Shown here: positions 30,030 to 39,248 of the stretch, in pieces | Position numbering within the stretch: position 1 is the stretch's first letter | Layout of the letters: every line of letters starts with the position of its first letter | NCBI GenBank assembly: GCA_964591175.1 | Contig: CAZQAF010000005.1 | Location: 18,256-82,255, forward strand | DNA length: 64,000 nt | Direction: 5' to 3' | DNA from: an uncultured Desulfobacteraceae bacterium | Lineage (GTDB): Bacteria > Desulfobacterota > Desulfobacteria > Desulfobacterales > UBA11574 | Notes under the pieces: model-generated | Told to the model about the DNA's origin: nothing | The model's input: the letters and a program-made list of their open reading frames with translations, nothing else | Databases searched by the model: none | Program-made: the position numbers and the translations under genes

Positions 30030-33000
30030 ATGTCCCAAAAAACTGACATCAAGGAATATATTGATGCCCTGGTATCTTCCAAACGTTTGGGATCGCAGGT
30101 GGTGTACCATAAAATTTTGCCGGATCAACCCGCCTGCCTGTCACAGACGAAACTTCCGTGGCCCGAACCGATTCGGCGCATCATCTCATCCCAAGGGATA
30201 CGCGATCTCTACCGGCATCAGTCGGAGGCCGCTGATTTAATCCGTTCCGGGCACCATGTGGTGATTGCCACCCCCACCGCGAGTGGTAAAACACTGATTT
30301 ACAATCTTCCGGTTTTGGAAAACATACTTAAAAATTCCGAGTCAAAGGCCCTTTATATCTTCCCGCTAAAGGCTCTTGCCCAGGATCAACTGCGCACATT
30401 CGAAGCGCTGAGCCGATACAGCAATGAGATAGCGCCTAAAATTGCCATTTATGACGGAGATACATCGGCCTGGCATCGGAAACGAATCAGAGAAAGCCCG
30501 CCCAATGTTTTGTTGACCAATCCTGAAATGATCCACCTTTCCCTTTTGCCGCATCATCAAAAATGGGCTGATTTTTTTAAAAAACTGGAAATGGTCGTGG
30601 TGGATGAGGTTCATACCTACCGGGGAATCATGGGATCGCACATGGCCCAGGTTTTCAGACGGCTTCAAAGAATTTGCGCCTATTACGGGGCGTTTCCGAC
30701 CTTTGTGTTTTGCTCGGCGACCGTGTCCAATCCTGCCCAACTGACCCGACAGCTCACCGGGCTGAATGTCGACACCATCACAAAAAGCGGTGCGCCTTTG
30801 GGCAGAAAGCACGTTGTCTTTATCAATCCTGTTCAAGGTCCGGCCCAGACTGCTATACTGCTATTAAAAGCCGCGCTTCACCGGGGGCTGCGCACCATCG
30901 TGTACACTCAGTCGAGAAAACTCACCGAATTGATCGCTATATGGGCCGGGAGTCAATCCGGACCGTTTACAAACCGCATCAGCGCTTATCGGGCGGGGTT
31001 TCTTCCTGAAGAGCGAAGAGAAATCGAAGCAAAACTTGCCAAAGGCGAACTGCTGGCGGTGATATCCACCAGTGCCCTGGAGCTCGGCATCGATATCGGC
31101 GATCTGGATCTGTGCCTGCTGGTGGGATATCCGGGAACCGTGGTGGCAACCTGGCAACGGGGCGGCAGGGTAGGGCGAAGCGGACAGGATTCCACACTGG
31201 TGCTCATTGCCGGGGAAGATGCCTTGGACCAGTATTATATGCGGCATCCGGAAAGTTTTCTGAAACGGGAACCCGAAGCCGCCGTGGTCAACCCCTATAA
31301 TACCGAGATCCTTTCCAGGCATATCATTTGCGCCGCAGCCGAGCTACCGTTAAGGAAGAATGAACCGTTTGCGTCCGATGCGCATGTTCAAGAAGCGATC
31401 CACATGCTCACTGAAAACAACGCGCTTTTAACCAGCGGGGATGGAACGGAATTCTATTCCAGCCGAACAGCGCCCCATCGTCATGTGGATCTAAGGGGAA
31501 CAGGAAGCCGTTATCATATCGTGGGCAGCGGCGCCGGAAAAAACAAAGGAGAGATCGACGAATTCAGGGCATTTAAAGAGACGCATCCCGGTGCGATTTA
31601 TCTTCACAAAGGCGACACTTTTCTGGTGGATGTTTTGGATCTGGATACCAAAACCGTAAAAGTCTCAAAAGCCAAGGTCGATTATTATACCCGGGTCAGG
31701 TCTGAAAAAAATACGGAAATACTTGAAATATATGATTCAAAAAAAATATATGAAACAGAATTTTATGCCGGACGACTTAAAGTTACGGATCAAGTGGTGG
31801 GCTATGAAAAATGGCGGATACACACCAAAAGAAGATTAAGTGTTGTACCTTTGGATCTGCCGCCGTTGATCTTTGAAACCCAAGGCTTGTGGTTTAAAAT
31901 TCCGCTTCACATCCAGCGACAGGCTGAAGCGCAATATCTCCATTTTATGGGCGGGATTCATGCTGTTGAACATGCGGCCATCGGTATCTTTCCGCTGCTG
32001 GTGATGGCCGATCGAAACGACCTCGGCGGCATCTCAACCCCGATTCATTCCCAGGTGGGCAGTGCTGCGATATTTATTTACGACGGGGTCCCGGGTGGTG
32101 CCGGATTGAGCAGACAGGCCTATAAAAGGGCAAAAGATCTGATTGAAAATACCCTTGACGTGATCCGTGCCTGTCCGTGTGAATCAGGATGCCCTTCCTG
32201 CGTTCATTCCCCGAAGTGCGGTTCCGGAAATCGTCCCATTGATAAGGCGGCGGCGATTTTTATCTTAAATAAGATTATATTGGCGCAGGGTTCGAAGACA
32301 CCGAAAAAAGAACGTTTTCAGATATCTTCCCCGGCAAAAAGCGATCCGGTGCTTGGAAAAAACATTTCGTTACCGGCCAACTCATCAGTAGCGGCAAGGG
32401 GAAAAAATCCCGTGGGCCATCAGCGGCTTTTTCGAAAAAGATTGTATGCAAGGCGCAAAGGGCTAAAACGCAGCTTTATGACATCACCGGAAATCAACCC
32501 TCCGTCCGGAGAATCGGACCTTAGATTCTGTATTTTCGATATCGAAACACAACGGTCCGCCCAGGAAGTCGGCGGCTGGCATCGGGCGGATCTGATGGGT
32601 ATCAGCTGCGTTGTGCTGTATGACTCAACACAAGATCTATATTTCGAGTTTTTGGACAATCAGGTGAACGAACTTGTCGAGCATTTGAAAAAATGCGATC
32701 TGGTGGTCGGGTTTAATGTCAAGCGATTCGACTTTAGGGTGCTGGGCGGGTATTCGGATTTTAACTTCAAGAGCCTGCCCACCCTGGATATCCTTGAAGA
32801 AATTCACAACCGGCTCGGATATCGCCTTTCTCTGGATCATCTGGCCAGGGTGACCCTGGGCAAGGAAAAGACGGCAAACGGACTCCAGGCCCTTCAATGG
32901 TGGAAGCAGGGACGCATCCGTGAAATCATCGATTACTGTAAAAAAGATGTTGAGATTACAAAGGATCTTTTTTTATACGGCCAACGAAACGGCTACCTGC

Positions 33001-33050
33001 TTTTTATGAACAAGGCCAAAAAGACGGTGCGTATCCCTGTGAAATGGTAG
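30030..33050 (+). CDS. MrfA/YprA-type DEAD/DEAH helicase with DUF1998 Zn module, fused to a C-terminal RNase H-fold (MrfB-like) exonuclease
   Basis: Walker A TPTASGKTL and DEVH box VVVDEVHTY. Cys cluster CPCESGCPSCVHSPKCG (32172-32219). After a basic linker come FCIFDIETQ, GFNVKRFDFRVL and DYCKKDVEIT (DEDD-type Exo I-III) from about 32520. Confidence 0.85.
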   Translation: MSQKTDIKEYIDALVSSKRLGSQVVYHKILPDQPACLSQTKLPWPEPIRRIISSQGIRDLYRHQSEAADLIRSGHHVVIATPTASGKTLIYNLPVLENILKNSESKALYIFPLKALAQDQLRTFEALSRYSNEIAPKIAIYDGDTSAWHRKRIRESPPNVLLTNPEMIHLSLLPHHQKWADFFKKLEMVVVDEVHTYRGIMGSHMAQVFRRLQRICAYYGAFPTFVFCSATVSNPAQLTRQLTGLNVDTITKSGAPLGRKHVVFINPVQGPAQTAILLLKAALHRGLRTIVYTQSRKLTELIAIWAGSQSGPFTNRISAYRAGFLPEERREIEAKLAKGELLAVISTSALELGIDIGDLDLCLLVGYPGTVVATWQRGGRVGRSGQDSTLVLIAGEDALDQYYMRHPESFLKREPEAAVVNPYNTEILSRHIICAAAELPLRKNEPFASDAHVQEAIHMLTENNALLTSGDGTEFYSSRTAPHRHVDLRGTGSRYHIVGSGAGKNKGEIDEFRAFKETHPGAIYLHKGDTFLVDVLDLDTKTVKVSKAKVDYYTRVRSEKNTEILEIYDSKKIYETEFYAGRLKVTDQVVGYEKWRIHTKRRLSVVPLDLPPLIFETQGLWFKIPLHIQRQAEAQYLHFMGGIHAVEHAAIGIFPLLVMADRNDLGGISTPIHSQVGSAAIFIYDGVPGGAGLSRQAYKRAKDLIENTLDVIRACPCESGCPSCVHSPKCGSGNRPIDKAAAIFILNKIILAQGSKTPKKERFQISSPAKSDPVLGKNISLPANSSVAARGKNPVGHQRLFRKRLYARRKGLKRSFMTSPEINPPSGESDLRFCIFDIETQRSAQEVGGWHRADLMGISCVVLYDSTQDLYFEFLDNQVNELVEHLKKCDLVVGFNVKRFDFRVLGGYSDFNFKSLPTLDILEEIHNRLGYRLSLDHLARVTLGKEKTANGLQALQWWKQGRIREIIDYCKKDVEITKDLFLYGQRNGYLLFMNKAKKTVRIPVKW

Positions 33051-33080
33051 AAGTGGTTTCAAAACCTCCCCTCGGCCTCA

Positions 33081-33125
33081 ATCCGCCAAAGGCGGACAAG
33101 TCTCTGTGTTGGACTGAGACGTCCA
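33081..33125. terminator. Hairpin cluster between convergent genes (possible bidirectional terminator)
   Basis: TCCGCC-AAA-GGCGGA (33081-33095), followed by overlapping stems GTCTC...GAGAC and TTGGAC...GTCCAA (33099-33125). No clear U-tract. Confidence 0.3.
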
Positions 33126-33156
33126 ATCTTCGAAATATTCCCGACAAAATATCTTG

Positions 33157-34278
33157 TCAATGATGTGTATCCTGTCCTAAGGTCTTTTGCTCTGGATAAA
33201 TAATGAGCCGGTCTCCCGGATGGATGGGTTTGTCCAGATCAATTCGATTCCAGATAATCAGGGCTGCCAGGGGCACATTGAATTTTTCGGCAATGATTGA
33301 CAGATTATCCCCCTCTTTAATGATGTAGATCCGGTCGGTTTTCTTTGCTTCATAGGCCTTGATCAGCTTTTTGTAGCGTGCGTTGAATCCCTTTTCTGCT
33401 CCTTTGGGTATCAGAATCGTATGGTTCCCTTCAATGAGATAGTGACCACGAATTTCAGGGTTGAGGTCCTTGATCACTTTAAAATCTGTTTCAGAGGCTT
33501 TTGCGACAAGGGCGAGCGGGATTTCCTGGAAGCAGTCTATTTGAATCTTATCGAATGTAAGGGGTGGATAATAGTCCGAGTCTGTGAGATGAAAGCCGAA
33601 CCCATCGGGATTCGACAAAATCAGTTTGACCGATAGGATTCGGAAAATAAATCGCTGGGTTTCTATCGGCAGATAAAGCCGGTAATAATCCCGGGTATGT
33701 TGGACCATGATTTCAGCTTCCAGTCCTTCCTCTCCCATATTGTAAGCGGCAGCCGCCAGGGTCCAGGATCCCATGGATTGATGAAGGGCCTTTAAGTGCG
33801 CTATTGCCGCCTGGGTGGAGGCAAATATATTTCGCCGTTCATCGATGGTATCGTTAATGATCAGGTCGTACCTTCGCCCGATATCCGGCAGAATCTGCCA
33901 GTATCCAATGGCCCCGTCCTTGGAGCCGGCATAGGAGAGGAGGGCGCTTTCGGCAACGGCCATGTATTTGAGATCTTCGGGCATGTTGTTTTTTTTGAGC
34001 ATTTTTTCGATAATCGGCAAATATCGACGGGAGCGCTTCAGCCAGAGAATCACCTGGGGGCGATTTCCAAGGGACAGCAAAAGTTCTTTTTCCATACGTT
34101 CCATAACATCCCGGTTTTCCATGGGAACCCGCTCATTACAGAACGAAAGGGCTTTCATGTTTTTAACGGCGTTTAACAGCGAAGGGAGCTCCAGTGGATT
34201 GGCCGGCGCACCCGAAGCTTCGCATGTTAACGCCAAAATCATTATCGGAATCAGAAAAATCGTTTTTTTTATATGCAT
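33157..34278 (-). CDS. Lytic transglycosylase (SLT domain) with C-terminal LysM
   Basis: Signal peptide, SLT catalytic block MAVAESALLSYAGSKDGAIGYWQ and LysM YIIKEGDNLSIIAEKFNVPLAALIIWN. Confidence 0.85.
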   Translation of the reverse strand: MHIKKTIFLIPIMILALTCEASGAPANPLELPSLLNAVKNMKALSFCNERVPMENRDVMERMEKELLLSLGNRPQVILWLKRSRRYLPIIEKMLKKNNMPEDLKYMAVAESALLSYAGSKDGAIGYWQILPDIGRRYDLIINDTIDERRNIFASTQAAIAHLKALHQSMGSWTLAAAAYNMGEEGLEAEIMVQHTRDYYRLYLPIETQRFIFRILSVKLILSNPDGFGFHLTDSDYYPPLTFDKIQIDCFQEIPLALVAKASETDFKVIKDLNPEIRGHYLIEGNHTILIPKGAEKGFNARYKKLIKAYEAKKTDRIYIIKEGDNLSIIAEKFNVPLAALIIWNRIDLDKPIHPGDRLIIYPEQKTLGQDTHH

Positions 34279-34537
34279 TTTACATCTTTCTCATACAAGA
34301 GCCTTTAACGAAAGGTATAATAAAAAATAGGATTTTGCAGGTTCAGCCGCAGTGATTTCATGAAATCGTTACAATATTATAATAGCAAAACACTTTAGCA
34401 TTCCAATGTCAAATCACGATTGAGATTTGGATCGATGAAAAGTCAGAAGACGTTGTACCACAAGAGAGCTTTAACGATGTATGACCTTAACCGTCCGGAA
34501 GCTATCGATGTCCGTGGATGGGAAAATGCCCGCCGTC

Positions 34538-35131
34538 TTATCTGCGGTGCCAACCATGATGATCGGCATATGGACGATACCCGTAATGATGGGGATGATA
34601 ATAACCATCGTGGTATGAACGCCCGAAATAAAAGGAAAAGTAGGGGACAATCGGCCATCCCCACCATCCGTAGTAATAAGCAGGAGGCGGCGGGGGAGCG
34701 TAATACCGGACGACCGGCGGCGGAGAGCTGCAGATTTCTTCAACGGTTTCGTCTATCATCTTTCCGTTCTTCCAAACCCGCTTACGCACGTTCCGGCATG
34801 TGGCGCCAACAGATCCCTCAGGAATGGCTTCAACGGCCTGACCGCTTTTGTCATAATAGAGAATCGTTTTGTTATAAAGGGCGGCGTCTCTGGCTGCCTG
34901 ATAATCTTGATCCATAGCATTGCCGACCAGAATGCCGATAATGGTCCCAGCGGCTAGCCCGGCAATGGTGCTATGCGTATTGCCTCCAATGGCCTGACCG
35001 ACCAGAGCCCCCATGCCGGCACCGGTTACGGCTCCTGCCTGGGTATTGTATCGATCCGGCGGATAGGGGGCGCATGAGACAAATATAAAAGATAAAATCA
35101 GTGTTAATATAAAGATATGATTTTTCATCAT
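34538..35131 (-). CDS. Glycine-zipper outer-membrane lipoprotein with Tyr/Pro/His/Trp-rich tail
   Basis: Lipobox IFVSC. Glycine zipper GAVTGAGMGALVGQAIGG...AGLAAGTIIGILVGNAMD. The overlapping plus-strand ORF 34420-34917 is Arg-rich with no motif and was discarded. Confidence 0.7.
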   Translation of the reverse strand: MMKNHIFILTLILSFIFVSCAPYPPDRYNTQAGAVTGAGMGALVGQAIGGNTHSTIAGLAAGTIIGILVGNAMDQDYQAARDAALYNKTILYYDKSGQAVEAIPEGSVGATCRNVRKRVWKNGKMIDETVEEICSSPPPVVRYYAPPPPPAYYYGWWGWPIVPYFSFYFGRSYHDGYYHPHHYGYRPYADHHGWHRR

Positions 35132-35341
35132 AAAATCCTTTTTCCGATTTTACATGGTTATCATTTCCGCTGGTTCGGAAAAGCTTTATTCCTTATTTAT
35201 TCTTTTATTTAGACGCTTAAAGGCAAAAATAGTTTACTGTAGATATTATATCATATTTTATTTAAATGATATTCATGGTATTGAGAAAATAATCTTCACG
35301 CTCAGGCATTTTATTCTTTTAGTAATGAAAAGGAGAATATT

Positions 35342-35686
35342 TTGAAAAAGAATGCACTTAAATATTTCATTAATGTCACGCTGTTTATCGACCTCACATC
35401 AATAGCGGTTTTGGGTCTTCTCTTAGGATTTGTGATTCCAAAAGGACAAGGCGGTTCCTTTCAAAATTATTTTCTCGGGCTTCACCGTCATGAGTGGGCG
35501 GATATCCACCTGTCCCTGTCGCTGCTATTTTTAATCCTGCTCGTTTTTCATGTATGGTTGAACTGGACATGGGTCATTCAATCCACCAAACGTTACCTGG
35601 GAGATCATTGGAAGAATTTTTTCTGGGCCATTTCATTTGCCTGGTTCATCATATTGGTTGTTGGATGGATTGTGGTAAAATTATGA
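35342..35686 (+). CDS. Small polytopic membrane protein (DUF4405-like)
   Basis: TTG start behind AAAAGGAGA. 114 aa with three predicted TM helices and the HRHEWADIHL...FHVWLNWTW pattern. Confidence 0.6.
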   Translation: MKKNALKYFINVTLFIDLTSIAVLGLLLGFVIPKGQGGSFQNYFLGLHRHEWADIHLSLSLLFLILLVFHVWLNWTWVIQSTKRYLGDHWKNFFWAISFAWFIILVVGWIVVKL

Positions 35687-35964
35687 TGATTGTCGACCTA
35701 GAGCGCTTAGAGTAGGTTCTTTTTGTAGCTTCTGACGGATATACCGCACACCGGCACCGGCCCCACCTTGAACCGCAAATACCAATTGTATAGGTTTATC
35801 TGGAACAAGGTTTCAAATTTTTGATATTCTTGACATATTGCTTTAAATCTGTTTGAAGGCGTTTCAATAGATCCGATTTATTTCTCAATGATACTGCATT
35901 TTGTTTCAAAAGACGAGATAGACGGATTTCAAAAAGAAGTAAAACGTTTGTTGAAATATTTAAA

Positions 35965-36825
35965 ATGATTGAAGTATTATACGAAAACCTCACACAAGAG
36001 CAAGCCGACGCTTATGGTTTGGTGCTGGACGCCTATGATCTGCCGTATTCTCTAAAAAGATCCGGCAGTGACTGGGAAATTTGGGCCGATGAAGAGATCC
36101 GTGACAGGGCACTGGATCTTATCGCGCAATATATTGAAGAGAATCCAAAAGTTTCGATGCTGGATGTGCCGGAAACAGAAATACATCAGAAAACATTTAC
36201 CGGCATATGGGCATGCCTGATTTTACTGGCATGCCAAATCCGTGTAGATATGTCCGGACATGTGGATCGGATTTTCAGAGAATATGGCGCATCTTCCCGT
36301 GATATTCTCAACGGAGAACTTTACAGGACCGTTACTTCTTTGATGCTGCACTCGGGTTACCCGCATCTGGTGGGAAATATGGCCGGCATTGCCATATTCG
36401 GCACTGCGGTGTGCAATATTACCGGTTCGGGTGCCGGCTGGTTGATGATCCTGTTGACCGGGATTTTGGGAAACCTGGCGAATGCTGTTCTGTTTCGATA
36501 CGGCTATATTTCTATCGGCGCATCAACCGCTGTATTTGGCGCTGTCGGTATTCTGGCCGCATACCAGCTTTACAGGAAGATAAAAATTCCCGGACAAAAG
36601 ATGAAAGCCTGGCTCCCCATTGCCGGCGGCCTCGCCTTGCTCGCGTTTTTGGGTTCCGGCGAACACTCGGATCTTACGGCACATCTGTTCGGCTTTATAG
36701 CGGGAATTTGTATCGGACTTCTCTATACGATGTTTCTGCGGGGCATTCTGGAAAAAAGACATCAGATTTACTGCATGGTCGCTACAATTATTACGCTGGT
36801 TTTATCGTGGGCCAAAGTAATTTGA
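35965..36825 (+). CDS. Rhomboid family intramembrane serine protease
   Basis: LMLHSGYPHLVGNM (HxxxxHxxxN) and GASTAVFG (the GxSxxxxG catalytic Ser) motifs. Cytoplasmic N-domain plus 6 TM. Confidence 0.85.
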   Translation: MIEVLYENLTQEQADAYGLVLDAYDLPYSLKRSGSDWEIWADEEIRDRALDLIAQYIEENPKVSMLDVPETEIHQKTFTGIWACLILLACQIRVDMSGHVDRIFREYGASSRDILNGELYRTVTSLMLHSGYPHLVGNMAGIAIFGTAVCNITGSGAGWLMILLTGILGNLANAVLFRYGYISIGASTAVFGAVGILAAYQLYRKIKIPGQKMKAWLPIAGGLALLAFLGSGEHSDLTAHLFGFIAGICIGLLYTMFLRGILEKRHQIYCMVATIITLVLSWAKVI

Positions 36826-39237
36826 TTAAGGTATGATTTCAATCTGCCGGGCCCTTTCTTTGAGCAGGAAGTGATAAATCAGATCACAATATCGATCCAG
36901 CTCCAGCATCCCTTTGCCTGAAACGGCATACCTCCAAAATCCGTATAATTTGGTCAGGTTGATGAGCTGCTGGCTGTAGGATTCCCAATTGAAACGATCC
37001 CGAACGCGTTGAATCCCGTTTTCGGATATGGTATTCCACAAATTTTCATCCGTCTCACACTGTTCCATAAATTGTTCAAGGCTTTTTGATATCAGTTCGG
37101 GTTTGCTCGTATTTAGCAGAAATCCATTGATCCCGTAATCAATAATCTCAAGGGCTCCGCCGAATTTGGGTGCAAAAGTGGGCAGCCCGGATGCCATCGA
37201 TTCGATGACCGTCAAACCAAAGGCTTCAAACAGCGCCGGCTGGACAAAAACGCCTTTATGATCGGCAATGATTCTATAGACTTCTCCGGTATCCAACTTG
37301 TTGATACTGGGAAGCCAGCGGACTTTGCCGTGCAGGTTAAATCGCTTTATAAGATCGTATGCTTTGGTAATTTCGCTTCTTTCTTCAATATCGCTGGATT
37401 CTTTAACATGAATCGTTCCCGCGGCAAAAATGAGATTATACGATTGCATGAGTTTTTTGCTCATGCCGAATGCATGAATGAGACCGGTGATATTTTTAAT
37501 TTTATCCAGCCGGGCCATGGTGAAGATAGGGGGCTTGTCCGGATCGTCCAGCTTTCCGAAAATATCTTCGGATTCTTCATAAAAAAGCCGTTTTTCCCAT
37601 TGCTGCCATTTGTGTTCGATACGTTTTTCTTTTTGGTAGTAGGGAAAATACAGCTCTTCATCGACTCCCGGTGGTATGACATTGAATTTTGGTGCAAACA
37701 GATTGATGCCGCTGACGATTTGGCACAGATCCGGCATGGTGAAAAATTGATAGGATTCATACTGTCCCATTGTGTTTTCCGTGCCGATGATCTCCTGTAA
37801 TGTGCTGGCGATAATAAAATCCGATTTGTTCATTGAGAAAATGTCGGCGGTATATTGTATTGAAAAGTGGTAATCCTGCTCTTTTTCCTGCCACTGGATA
37901 TCGGAATATGCGTATTTTGTTTTTTCCAGGGCATGTGCAATGGTGCATTGGATGACATCGAACTTATCCGACAATAATGAAGCCACCAGATTTCCGTCGG
38001 AATAGTTTCCGATAACCAGATCAGGGCGTCCCTGAAATTCAGCGAGAAGCTCTTTCGATGCATCTTCTGAAAATGTTTCAAGATATGGCCAGATCTTAAA
38101 ACGGGAGATCCAGTGTTTAACCACATTATACTGGTTATCCCGAAACGGTACCCGTAATATCCAGCCGGTATCGGAATGAAAAATTTTTTCTTTACGTTGA
38201 TTGCACGTTGTATCCTCGGCTTCAGGGATCAAACGGGTCAGGACAATAATTTGGGGCTCGATGTCCAATCCGGTCAATTGAATTTCGGTTTTCAAATGCC
38301 GTTCCAGAGCCCGCACCTGGTCGAGGATATAGATCACCTGGCCCCCGGTATCGGGTTTGCCCAGCGCATTGGTTTGCCCAAACCATCCGTGGGGTGAAAT
38401 AATGGCAACTTTTGAAATCAACGGTGCAGGAACACGCGATATGAATCGTTCCAAAAGCTTGTCGGTGGGTTCGTTAATGAGATCGAGAAGCGTCTCTACG
38501 GTCTCGGTAATCCGGCCCACGGTATTGCCCCAGCCGACCTCGAATCCGGATTTTTTCATTCTTGCTTCAACACTGGCAAACGGTGTTTCAGGTTTCTTTT
38601 TTCTAAGCCATTCCAAGAGATGTTCCAGTTCTATGCAGAATCTTTCGAAGTCATTGGTGAATGTTCCGTTTATCAACAGTTGCCGGCCGTTATATTGATG
38701 AAGCTTTATGAATTCGAACAGTTTAGTATTCCATTCATCCGGCCGGCTAAAAATGTTACTGCTCAAGTATCGATTCAAAAAACGGATGCCGTTTCCAATA
38801 GAGCGAGTGTCGCGGAGGGAAGGTGCGAAATCATAAAACGGCATGAAATCAATATGAAGATGGTAGCCGTCATCTTTCTTTTGCCGTGCATAGTAATCTT
38901 TTAAATCCAAATACCTTGATAGTGAGATTTCTTCCATGTATTCTCCATCCCTTCGAACCATATAAAAACGGTACCTTGCAATGGCCCAGCGATGCATGAG
39001 CACAAGATGTTCATTGGTAATAAACATCTCTTGCGCTTTTTTGAAAAATTGAAACAACGAAGAGTTTTCCCGAAATTTCTTTGTCTTCCGATTTTTATCA
39101 CAATACTCGCGGAACAAATGAATAATGCCGTTTCTCAAACTGATCGTCTGGTGCTGATTCGACATAAAAGAAATGAATTCTTTGAAATCTTTGTGCTCGT
39201 TTTTTCTGATAAGTGATCCCATTAAATTTTTCATCAT
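36826..39237 (-). CDS. Sucrose synthase
   Basis: 803 aa. GKPDTGGQVIYILDQVRALE and GT-B C-terminal blocks (FVQPALFEAFGLTVIESMASGLPTFA), with the long SuSy-specific N-terminal domain. Confidence 0.9.
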   Translation of the reverse strand: MMKNLMGSLIRKNEHKDFKEFISFMSNQHQTISLRNGIIHLFREYCDKNRKTKKFRENSSLFQFFKKAQEMFITNEHLVLMHRWAIARYRFYMVRRDGEYMEEISLSRYLDLKDYYARQKKDDGYHLHIDFMPFYDFAPSLRDTRSIGNGIRFLNRYLSSNIFSRPDEWNTKLFEFIKLHQYNGRQLLINGTFTNDFERFCIELEHLLEWLRKKKPETPFASVEARMKKSGFEVGWGNTVGRITETVETLLDLINEPTDKLLERFISRVPAPLISKVAIISPHGWFGQTNALGKPDTGGQVIYILDQVRALERHLKTEIQLTGLDIEPQIIVLTRLIPEAEDTTCNQRKEKIFHSDTGWILRVPFRDNQYNVVKHWISRFKIWPYLETFSEDASKELLAEFQGRPDLVIGNYSDGNLVASLLSDKFDVIQCTIAHALEKTKYAYSDIQWQEKEQDYHFSIQYTADIFSMNKSDFIIASTLQEIIGTENTMGQYESYQFFTMPDLCQIVSGINLFAPKFNVIPPGVDEELYFPYYQKEKRIEHKWQQWEKRLFYEESEDIFGKLDDPDKPPIFTMARLDKIKNITGLIHAFGMSKKLMQSYNLIFAAGTIHVKESSDIEERSEITKAYDLIKRFNLHGKVRWLPSINKLDTGEVYRIIADHKGVFVQPALFEAFGLTVIESMASGLPTFAPKFGGALEIIDYGINGFLLNTSKPELISKSLEQFMEQCETDENLWNTISENGIQRVRDRFNWESYSQQLINLTKLYGFWRYAVSGKGMLELDRYCDLIYHFLLKERARQIEIIP

Positions 39238-39248
39238 CAGTTTGCCTA

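Noticed and set aside
34420-34917. 165-aa plus-strand ORF opposite the glycine-zipper lipoprotein gene.
   Set aside because: Arg-rich and without motifs, whereas the minus-strand frame has a lipobox and a glycine zipper. I judge it a shadow ORF of the Tyr/Pro/Gly-rich coding region.
35796-35993. 65-aa minus-strand ORF upstream of, and overlapping, the rhomboid start.
   Set aside because: Low-complexity Leu/Asn/Lys-rich translation of an AT-rich promoter region that overlaps a well-supported gene start. No RBS.
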